Positions 56,355 to 64,000 of a stretch of DNA of 64,000 bases are shown here, piece after piece. Made by a program: the position numbers and the translations under genes. The stretch is from a virus. Its lineage: Duplodnaviria > Caudoviricetes. Under the pieces are notes generated by a model. It saw only the letters and a program-made list of their open reading frames with translations, ran no database searches and was not told the DNA's origin. The stretch's first letter is position 1. Every line of letters starts with the position of its first letter. The stretch lies in the IMG/VR virus record IMGVR_UViG_3300037065_000037, positions 1,540 through 65,539 of that record. One strand, 5' to 3'.

Positions 56355-56753
56355 CTAATCATGCCTTTCATGATCCCGCAAATCTTTCACTTCAGATTCC
56401 AGATCATCGACGTAACTGACCAACGCCAGAAACACCTCGGCTACGGATCTAGGCAACTGCGCCCCAGCCAGAACATCCAACAATTTCTTCGCTTGATCGT
56501 TGCCCAAGGCCTTGCGTATGTGAGCGTAAGGCGTTATATGGGGGACCAAACTTACCCAGTAGCCAGACTTCAGAACCTGATCAAGCGAGCGAGAAAGCTT
56601 TGCGTCTCGAAACTTCATTCCTGGATATCTCTCGCCGAGCCTGGCAATAGACCGACGAGAGTCACTCCCCAAAACAAATAACCAGCGGCGACTTGGGCGA
56701 TCATAAACTTGCAGCGAAAGGGGTGACTTTACGGATTCTATTTCGTTGCTCAT
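56355..56753 (-). CDS. Hypothetical protein
   Basis: Start MSNEIESVK duplicates that of the downstream gene. Confidence 0.5.
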   Translation of the reverse strand: MSNEIESVKSPLSLQVYDRPSRRWLFVLGSDSRRSIARLGERYPGMKFRDAKLSRSLDQVLKSGYWVSLVPHITPYAHIRKALGNDQAKKLLDVLAGAQLPRSVAEVFLALVSYVDDLESEVKDLRDHERHD

Positions 56754-57682
56754 TTGACCACCTTCACAATCTGTGTGCAGGACAGACTTTCTTCCAGCGT
56801 ATACACGTGGCCATGCTGGGGGCAATCAGGATTAGGGCAGTAGGCGTCACGAATAAACCGGCCATTCTGCTCAGGAAAAAATCTCCAATCCTGTCCACAT
56901 GATGGGCAATGAACCGTAGTCGAAATTCGCCAAGTTAGAGGAAGAGGAACTGGTGCGCTCATGCTTGCCTCGATCCTTCCACAGCCTTAGCCATATCCGA
57001 TAGCGCTTCGCCGAACTCTGCACCAGTCATGTCTGCCAAACGCTTTCTTGGCCCGCGGCGCTCAGGCACTTGAAGATTGCGCTCCACCCAACTGATCGCG
57101 CCGCCACCGTCGGCCTCAGCCCGTGCACAGTACTCGCAGGTTTCTGGCAGCCCAGAGCAGTAAGCTTTCTCTCCATCCTTGGCCGCCAACAGATGGGGCC
57201 CATTACGATGGATCGGACTATTCTCCGGCAAGCCACACATGACCTGTCCGCCAAGCCATGTGTGAAAATGGCTGCATCGATTTTCCTCACCGGGACGCCA
57301 ATGAAACGGATGGGCCAAATCCGGGCGGGATTTATCAAGGTTGGCTAGATTTGCGCTCATTGCGGCCCTCGTCCTGGATCTTCCTTTTCTACTTTGACGG
57401 CGTCTTCTACCAAAGGCAAAGCCCCGCCAATTACCGGAAAAGTATCTGCCTTTACTGGCCGTACCCGACCACTACGCTGATCTCCAACAACCAAATCAAT
57501 CGTCCCGTCAGGACGCTTAGGCCAATTGTCATGTGCAGGAAGCTTCTCACGCTTGCGCCAATCCACCGGAGCAGGACCACCATAAACCGTCTTCCCGTAG
57601 TCTCCACACTCCATCGCGGTCTTGAGCAGAACCAAAATCTGAGCTCCGCGCTTCAGCGCTTCGTAAATAAAATTCCGTAAGG

Positions 57683-58216
57683 TCATGACTTCCTCCCCAG
57701 ATACTCTTGCAACCGGGCATCCACTTCCTCGTCGCTGGTCCCGTTCAACACCAGATCCGGCGCCTGCTCGCTGACCGCGCCATAGCTGACCTTTATGGCT
57801 CCAGCCATGCTCGCTGCATCCCGATTCAGATCGGCCATCTCGTCCGCCAGCTTCCGGCCGTCCTCAGCGACTTCCAGAATCCTGAAACCTGAATATGGAG
57901 AACCCCAAGCGGCGTCAGCCTCAGCAAGAGAACTTCCCTTGCGCGTTCCGACCGCCATCGCGCCGGGCTTGCCATCACGCCCGGCCCCGGCAAAGAGAAC
58001 TCGGTCAACCTTCTTCCCAGCGGCGTCATAGTACGCCACGTTGCCTTGGTCATCCATACGGGTTTCAAGGGGCGAGCCGTCAGCGGAGACAGGGGAGGGC
58101 AAACCCTCGCGCTTGCGCAGAGAGATCAAGGCAGCAAGACGGAAGGCTTTCCTCTGCTCAAAGAAATCCCCAACACGTTGAACTTGACGCTGAGGAGAGA
58201 TCAAGGGATCAAACAT
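57683..58216 (-). CDS. Hypothetical protein
   Basis: AAGGAGGT SD. Confidence 0.6.
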   Translation of the reverse strand: MFDPLISPQRQVQRVGDFFEQRKAFRLAALISLRKREGLPSPVSADGSPLETRMDDQGNVAYYDAAGKKVDRVLFAGAGRDGKPGAMAVGTRKGSSLAEADAAWGSPYSGFRILEVAEDGRKLADEMADLNRDAASMAGAIKVSYGAVSEQAPDLVLNGTSDEEVDARLQEYLGRKS

Positions 58217-58562
58217 GAGGAACCTCCTTTCCTACCGGCTCATCCACCGCCTCAAGCCGCACACCATCAAGAGACTTCAGCCAAAGAATCAACTGCTCGC
58301 GGAACCAGCCGGCGGTATCGGGATCTTTGCAATGTATCGTAGCGGACTCTCCAAGCAGCCAAAAATATCGAGCCTTGGGCTTTGTCTCCGTGCCTGGGCC
58401 ATAACAGCCAAGCATAAGACGCAGCTTGACCTCGTTCAGCTCACTGTGGCAAGCGGAAAAAACTTTCTGATTCTCAGGCTCATCCGTCAGACCGGACGAC
58501 TTGACCTCAACACGGATCGAGTCCTGGTCCCACTGAGCACGAGGTAATCTAGGCCTGGGCAT
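58209..58562 (-). CDS. Hypothetical protein
   Basis: Coupled ORF. Confidence 0.55.
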   Translation of the reverse strand: MPRPRLPRAQWDQDSIRVEVKSSGLTDEPENQKVFSACHSELNEVKLRLMLGCYGPGTETKPKARYFWLLGESATIHCKDPDTAGWFREQLILWLKSLDGVRLEAVDEPVGKEVPHV

Positions 58563-58950
58563 TATTTCTTAGCCTTTCCTGGAAAGACTTCCTTAACCCT
58601 GAACTCTTCCTCTGGAAAACTCTCTCGCGCCTGGGATAACGCCAGCTTCGCCGCACGCGCCGACACGGGCTTGCTGCCGCGAGTCCAGAACGCTGGCTTC
58701 GACTGCCAGCGGCCATTCCTCTTGATCTGGATTACGAACATCCGCCTCAACTTCGTCGATAGCAAAAACTTGGTTTCGCTCATTTATCTGCCTGCTTCCC
58801 TTTTCTGCAAAATTTCCCGGCACGACTTGTTCGCATACTTGGCCAACGCTTCGCGACCCAGCACCGGGCCATGCTTCAACCGGCGGAGAATCTCCTGGCG
58901 CTCAGCCGAAGTCAAGCCAGAAAGTTCATGAGCATACGTGGCGAGATCAC

Positions 58951-59349
58951 TCATGCCAGCCACCGCCGGCCCGCGCGCTGCTCAATCTCTGCCCGCTGCT
59001 TCCGGGTCTCCTGCCTCTCACCGGACTTGACCTGCCTGCTGGACTTCTGCCCCTTGATGAGATCGGCAAAGGCGCTGCCGATCGAGAAGTTGTACTCGCG
59101 GTCCGGTTGCATCACGCGGCGAGCCTCGTCCTCACTCACGGGCCAGAACTCCCACTCTGCTCCGGTCGTTCTGTAGCGCACATGGAGCAGGGGAGCGGCA
59201 GGACGGAGAGCGCGACCCGTAACTTCATCGAACAAAGCTGAAGCATCGGGGGACCACTCCAGCCAGGAAAATACTTTACTCGGACTGGGATCAAGCCGAA
59301 AGCCCGCGGGGGAAGCCGCAGCGGTATTGGGGGAGGGCAAAGTCATCAC
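58951..59349 (-). CDS. KTSC-domain-like protein
   Basis: S..FSWLEW..LHVRY..G..W.F.PV..SIGSAF..LIKG pattern. Confidence 0.6.
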   Translation of the reverse strand: MMTLPSPNTAAASPAGFRLDPSPSKVFSWLEWSPDASALFDEVTGRALRPAAPLLHVRYRTTGAEWEFWPVSEDEARRVMQPDREYNFSIGSAFADLIKGQKSSRQVKSGERQETRKQRAEIEQRAGRRWLA

Positions 59350-59356
59350 GAAAAGG

Positions 59357-59385
59357 ATCATATCAATTGGTTGCAATCTTTGCAA
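59357..59385 (-). promoter_or_regulatory. sigma70-type promoter (near-leaderless transcript)
   Basis: TTGCAA-17 nt-TATGAT, 7-10 nt above GTG/ATG. Confidence 0.6.
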
Positions 59386-59864
59386 GAGAAAAGTTCAGAA
59401 AAAGTCTACAACCATCTGGATAGCTCCACTCCTACAGACACTCGGCCAAGATACAACCTCCACGTCCTGAATGGACCACGTTTCAAATACCAGCCGCGGA
59501 AGTATTGCAGCGTAGACCCAAGGACAACCGTCTTACGGCCTAACTTAATTTTCAGCATGGCCTCTCCTTCCTTTCCTCCCAATACCGGCGCACCGACGCT
59601 TCCTCGCCTCTTCACGCTCATGCCAGTAGGGATGCAAATACCCATACTTGCCCCCGATCACCGGAGGAGCCCAGCTATCCTCCACCCATTCAAACAACTG
59701 GCGAGCGCTGACGGGAACGCCAAACAAGTCCTCACCAAAATGAATGAAGCCCTGGTGATCCTCCGAATAGACACGATCCACAGTTGACTCACAGCCTGGG
59801 CTCAATTCTTCAATCAGCTCAACCCGAGCGTTAGTTCCATCACCGATAAGAGAAAACTCGATCC

Positions 59865-60467
59865 TCAAGCCCCTACCTCCGCCGCTCGCAAGATCCTGCT
59901 CACCACCATCTGGCCTATGCCGACCATCTTGCCAATCTCCGTCTGGCTCAGTCGCCGCCCATCGTCCGGGTCCACCCAGGCAAGCCAATCAAGAGCCGTG
60001 GCCCTCTGTTTCGCGCTCACCTTCCTGGCCCGCGGCACGGCCACCCCGGCCACGCGCCGGCAGCGCCAGCAATTGCACCCCATCTGCCATCTCACCTTTG
60101 TTCCGTGAGCGGGGCGAACATCCTTGGCCCGAAAGCCCAACTGCATCGCCATTGACAAACTGAGACCAAGGGCGCGGGCGACAGATTCAGCAGACTCACC
60201 CGCTGCAACCCTGGCGCGCAAATCCACCATCTTCTCGGCGGCGCGATCTCGCTTCGGCGCGGGCCGAGGGCCAGAGGGGCAGCAATTTGGCCGTCCAAGA
60301 GGACCAACGAGCGAGGCAACACGCTGCCTGGTGACACCAAGGGATTGAGCAACCGCAGCAAGAGTGATACCAGGATCGGCCAGCAAGATGACCCGAAGCT
60401 GGGAGCAAAACTCTGCAAGCGGAAGAGCCTCACGAGAATGAAGAAGAGAAACAAGTTTACTACTCAT
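59865..60467 (-). CDS. Multi-HTH DNA-binding protein
   Basis: TLAAVAQSLGVTRQRV, ESVARALGLS, SQTEIGKMVGIGQMVVSRIL; HG..GCNCWRC. Confidence 0.7.
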   Translation of the reverse strand: MSSKLVSLLHSREALPLAEFCSQLRVILLADPGITLAAVAQSLGVTRQRVASLVGPLGRPNCCPSGPRPAPKRDRAAEKMVDLRARVAAGESAESVARALGLSLSMAMQLGFRAKDVRPAHGTKVRWQMGCNCWRCRRVAGVAVPRARKVSAKQRATALDWLAWVDPDDGRRLSQTEIGKMVGIGQMVVSRILRAAEVGA

Positions 60468-60473
60468 TCTTCA

Positions 60474-60502
60474 AACTTAGCACAATTACTGATTGTTGTC
60501 AA
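60474..60502 (-). promoter_or_regulatory. sigma70 promoter, leaderless mRNA
   Basis: TTGACA-17 nt-TAAGTT with TGn; ATG 6 nt downstream of the -10. Confidence 0.65.
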
Positions 60503-61250
60503 CAGTTGGCGCTGTCTTCTTTACCAACTCTCGGTAGGCCTTCAGCAGCCGGGAATAGTCCTCCGCTCGAACGCAGGTCACGTTCTCCCGAATCCCCTGC
60601 TGCTTCTCGCGCTCAGAAATTGGCTCGTCGGCTGCCGTAGCCGGCCGCTCAAGAATGGCGCAAAACATAGGGACAGGGGCGAAAATCTCGACCTCAGAAC
60701 GAGAAGGCTCTACTGTGGGCGGCTCCTTGTGGCCGCAACCCAATTTCCCATTTACGAACGAATGAGCCCACGTCGTCCTCATTTTTGTCCGGTCTATCCC
60801 GCATACGGGACAAAGCCTATCATCCACTTCCTTCGGCTTTGAGGCTGTCGAAACCTCCGTCTCCGGCACTCTGTGCCCAGGCATCACCTGTCCGCTCGGA
60901 CCAAAGTGCGCCAGAGTCGTATCCCGCCGCTTGCCGTCGGCCCCACAGATTGAACAGATGCCAAACTCATACGAGGGCACAGGCACGTCGTACATCCTAC
61001 GTATCCAAGCGTGGCATATTCTTTGGAACTCAATCGCCGGAGATTCGCGGGTTAGCTCATCGTAATGCCACTTCTTATGCAACTCATCGTACTGTTCTTG
61101 CATTGGAACTCGCGGATGCTCCTTCTGCCAGAGAAGCGCGACTTCGATATGATGCCTGGCGACGCCCTCATGCCCCGCTACGCAAGGGTCCGCCTCCAAT
61201 ACCGCGGCCAGCATCCCTTCCGGTACTACAACCTTCGTCTGCTCGCTCAT
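60486..61250 (-). CDS. Hypothetical protein with two CxxC..H modules
   Basis: MSEQTKVVVPEGML; CSICG..AH, CPVCG..AH. Confidence 0.55.
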   Translation of the reverse strand: MSEQTKVVVPEGMLAAVLEADPCVAGHEGVARHHIEVALLWQKEHPRVPMQEQYDELHKKWHYDELTRESPAIEFQRICHAWIRRMYDVPVPSYEFGICSICGADGKRRDTTLAHFGPSGQVMPGHRVPETEVSTASKPKEVDDRLCPVCGIDRTKMRTTWAHSFVNGKLGCGHKEPPTVEPSRSEVEIFAPVPMFCAILERPATAADEPISEREKQQGIRENVTCVRAEDYSRLLKAYRELVKKTAPTVDNNQ

Positions 61251-62392
61251 CCCAATTCCTTTCTCCCTGAAATGATCCAACACCGGAGTGGTCAAATATC
61301 CCCCACCGGGGCCACCGATGATCTTCATAGCTGGCACCATATCTTCTCGGATAGAGTTCTGTTCCACCCGTGGACTAGAACCGCCAGCCAAGCCTCCACG
61401 GACACGTTGACCGGCGCATTGGCCGGAAGATTCGGTCTGACAAATCGATACCAAGACAACAGCTTGATAGTCTCCAACCTATGCCACGGCAATCCCTTGC
61501 TCATCCCCGTTTTCCTTCCTCATCCAGAATAGGGCAGCCGTTCTTGTAGCCAGCATCCTGGCGGCCGTGCTCCCTCAGCAGGTCCAACGCGCGCTGCAGA
61601 CCGGCCTCGTACAACACATCGGTTCTGGCTTTCCGAATGTGATTCAACTCATCGCAGATCAGCCAATATGCCTCGTTATCCATTATGCGGATTCCTCCCG
61701 CGCCCACTCATGCGCCTTCGCCCAGTGACTCCGCCAAGCGTCATGTGAGGGGAAGAGAAGCCCGCAGAGGGGACAAATGCGCTCGTGAAAATGGATCACT
61801 TCTGTTGATCCCTCGATGGCAGATACTGAAATCCCATGCCCGGCAGATCTGCGTCCTTATGCAAAAGCCTCGGCGCCCACCGCTTCAGCGCCAGGTTCGC
61901 GCCCTGCGCAATCTGCTGGGCCTCGTAGCAGGATCGAATGCCACGGAAGACTGTCTCGTAGACGACAGAAAAAAGAGACTCGAACCTGATATTGACCGTG
62001 TAACTTTGACCTGGACCGCCTCCCCAAGTGAACCGAATTCGGGGATTAACTGTCAGCCTCTCCCAAGCAAAGACCAGTTTGTTGAATGCGGATTTGAGCT
62101 TCATAAAGCCTCCGTCAGGCCGCGTTTGTACTCGCCCAGCATCTTCCCGCACCGCGAGCAATGCAAGGTGCCAACCTCATAAAGTCCATCCCAGGAAAAA
62201 AAGAAAACAGCAGGAATCTTGGCAGACGTGTGGCCAAAGAGCCGGCAGATCAGCTTGCGAAACAGTTTCATTTTGCGACCTTCCTCGTCGCCACCCACTC
62301 CGCCGCGCTCTTCCACGCGGCCACCCGGCGCTGCTCCGTGGTTCCTGTACTGATCGTGTCCCCAAGAACAAAGGGAATATCCCCTTGCTGCA

Positions 62393-62725
62393 TCATGATG
62401 CAAGCCTGACCATTTCCCCAGGGTACACGCTCTTAACTTGCGCTTCATAGTCCACCGACGACTGCGAATCGACTGTCGGCACCGCCGCGGCCTTACGATC
62501 ACTGCCAGTCTCTTTGTCGTTGATGCTTGCCACATTCGGAGGATACAGAAAAAACTCCAGACCATCACCTGCCGTCAGAACCACTGGAGGATGAGCCAGT
62601 GCAGCCACGATTCCCCGGTACAGACGCTTGTCCTCCTCGGCCAGAGTATCGTACTTCTCAAGGTAAAGGCGAAGAATTGCGAGCATGTCAGGGGATGGCG
62701 AATCGGGAATTGATAACGAATCCAT
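62393..62725 (-). CDS. Hypothetical protein, first gene of the leftward operon
   Basis: AAGGAG SD immediately after the structured RNA. Confidence 0.6.
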   Translation of the reverse strand: MDSLSIPDSPSPDMLAILRLYLEKYDTLAEEDKRLYRGIVAALAHPPVVLTAGDGLEFFLYPPNVASINDKETGSDRKAAAVPTVDSQSSVDYEAQVKSVYPGEMVRLAS

Positions 62726-62740
62726 GCGGAACTCCTTCTT

Positions 62741-62982
62741 GTGCGCGGGCCGGATTTTCACCGGAATCTAGGAGAACATGCTCTCCTGTGTCTTCGTGGC
62801 TGGCCATGCCACAGAACGCTTTCACGTCGGATTGGCTAATAAGGCAGGCGCTCTACCATGCTGAGCTAGTAAGGGTTTCCCCAAACTACGGATTTGAACC
62901 GTGGACCTCCTGTTATCCCTACAAGCCGTTCCCCCTTTGGACTCAAAGACACGCGATTTTGGCTCAAGGGCCTACCGCGCAC
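62741..62982 (-). ncRNA. Nested tRNA-mimic RNA (outer tRNA-like frame, inner circularly permuted YrlA-like module at 62845-62912)
   Basis: Outer GTGCGCGG/CCGCGCAC plus CCGG-TGAAAAT-CCGG; inner T arm ACGG-TTCAAAT-CCGT precedes a GAAA-capped acceptor stem and D arm GCTC-AGCATGGTA-GAGC. Confidence 0.8.
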
Positions 62983-62988
62983 AAAAAA

Positions 62989-63016
62989 AGTATATCATGA
63001 TTTAGTTAATTTGCAA
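62989..63016 (-). promoter_or_regulatory. sigma70 promoter of the nested RNA and leftward operon
   Basis: TTGCAA-16 nt-TATACT with TGn; predicted +1 falls near 62982. Confidence 0.7.
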
Positions 63017-63369
63017 CCTTGATTTTTTCAGAATATTTTACACGCTCTCATAGTATAAGCATCGACCCGTACCCTTCCTGGCGCGGCCGGAGGCTCGGAC
63101 AAACGAGTTGTACCACCTCCCAGTACCTTTGCGCGCATCCTCACGCCCGCGGCGGACTAGGCGAGCACCTATCTGTCCAGATAGACACTAGACCACCCTT
63201 ACCACCCTGTCTAACTAGGAGAATCCCTGTCTAGCTAGACACACTTACCTGCCCGCCCGCCCGTCTCGCTGGAGTGTAGCCTAAATGGACGCGCCCGCCG
63301 CGCAGAGACGAACGAAAGGAAAGGCGCGCGCAAAATTGTTTGACCGCGTCTTTATTGATCAAAAGGCAC

Positions 63370-63398
63370 TTATCCACAGGTTTGTCCACTTTTACACA
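63370..63398 (+). promoter_or_regulatory. Tandem DnaA-box-like sites
   Basis: TTATCCACA (63370-63378), TTGTCCACT (63382-63390), TTTTACACA (63390-63398). Confidence 0.5.
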
Positions 63399-63419
63399 GG
63401 CTAAATAGAATCTTAGATG

Positions 63420-63447
63420 TTGACAGAGAAAGGAATAGTGATAAGGT
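63420..63447 (+). promoter_or_regulatory. sigma70-type promoter (rightward, early)
   Basis: TTGACA-16 nt-TAAGGT with TGn. Confidence 0.55.
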
Positions 63448-63609
63448 TAAGAAGTCGCAGGCAAGACGGGACGATGGGCACAGCGGATAGCTCCCAGTTA
63501 GAGACGCTGATAAAGCCGGAAACACTTATAGACTGGGGCGCAAGCGCTTCTAACTTGCCAAGGTGGCCGGCCAGACGGGCCGCCAAACAGGAGAGCGGAG
63601 AACAAGACA

Positions 63610-63957
63610 ATGAACACTCAAAAGACAATCGCACCTCTCAACAAGTCGACTAAACTGCGTCAACGGTTCGCTGGCATTACGTGGGAGTGGCGCGGCTGGA
63701 ATGGCTCGGTCGGGGAATGGGTACCTGTGGACGTGCAAGGCAGCCGCATTATCGGCTTGAACGTCGTGAGCACAGGATACGCCGTTTACGCATCGCTTAC
63801 GGCGGAAGACACGGACACCTGCAGAACGATCATATCGAAAGGCCGGCAAGAATGGCGCGGGAACTCCGCTGTAGTCCGCTCTCGCCGTGACCAGCGTTAC
63901 TTTGACGCGATGCTGTGGGCAAGCGACAAATACCAGTGTGGCGCCCTATCACGTTAA
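63610..63957 (+). CDS. Hypothetical protein
   Basis: GGAG SD; first gene after the rightward promoter. Confidence 0.5.
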   Translation: MNTQKTIAPLNKSTKLRQRFAGITWEWRGWNGSVGEWVPVDVQGSRIIGLNVVSTGYAVYASLTAEDTDTCRTIISKGRQEWRGNSAVVRSRRDQRYFDAMLWASDKYQCGALSR

Positions 63958-64000
63958 ACTGCCTGAAGAGCCGGCGAGATTCCGGCGAAACTAGGCTATC

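Noticed and set aside
62845-62912. Functional permuted tRNA gene or integration (att) remnant
   Set aside because: No anticodon loop can be rebuilt from the ends, the acceptor has two U-U mismatches and is sealed by GAAA, and no integrase is nearby. It is better explained as a structural mimic.
62790-62950. Group I intron in an anticodon loop (GGGAAC..CAATCC resembles J4/5 and J5/4)
   Set aside because: No P7 guanosine-binding helix (GACT/AGTC in the required order) or P9, and P4 would be only about 3 bp.

Overview
The whole window looks like most of one tailed-phage genome of podovirus-like layout. No host housekeeping genes, integrase, reverse transcriptase or CRISPR array were recognised. 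The + strand block (1-16.9 kb) carries replication and recombination genes: RuvC-like resolvase, HNH-AP2 endonuclease, SNF2 helicase, DUF2800 nuclease, a CCA/PAP-like nucleotidyltransferase, SSB, family A DNA polymerase, dCMP deaminase, primase-helicase and tRNA-Ser(GCT). The - strand block (16.8-63 kb) carries lysis, fibre, ejection, nozzle, adaptor, capsid, scaffold, portal and terminase genes, then many small accessory ORFs. Most striking: (1) a promoter-driven ~240-nt RNA at 62741-62982 with a tRNA-like outer frame whose anticodon position holds a second, circularly permuted tRNA mimic, plus a second ~225-nt tRNA-framed, pseudoknotted RNA at 14967-15191 that shares exact sequence words with it; (2) three tandem paralogous capsid-associated genes, one with an inserted DUF3494 ice-binding domain; (3) two clusters of small Arg/Lys-rich proteins behind an identical 13-bp upstream box; (4) a two-frame, M.EcoHK31I-type cytosine methyltransferase with repeated TRD-like modules; (5) fibre-like proteins with Sec-type signal peptides; (6) a probable ACG start codon for the terminase; (7) staggered gene-end duplications around accessory genes. 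All protein calls come from motif recognition by eye, not database searches.
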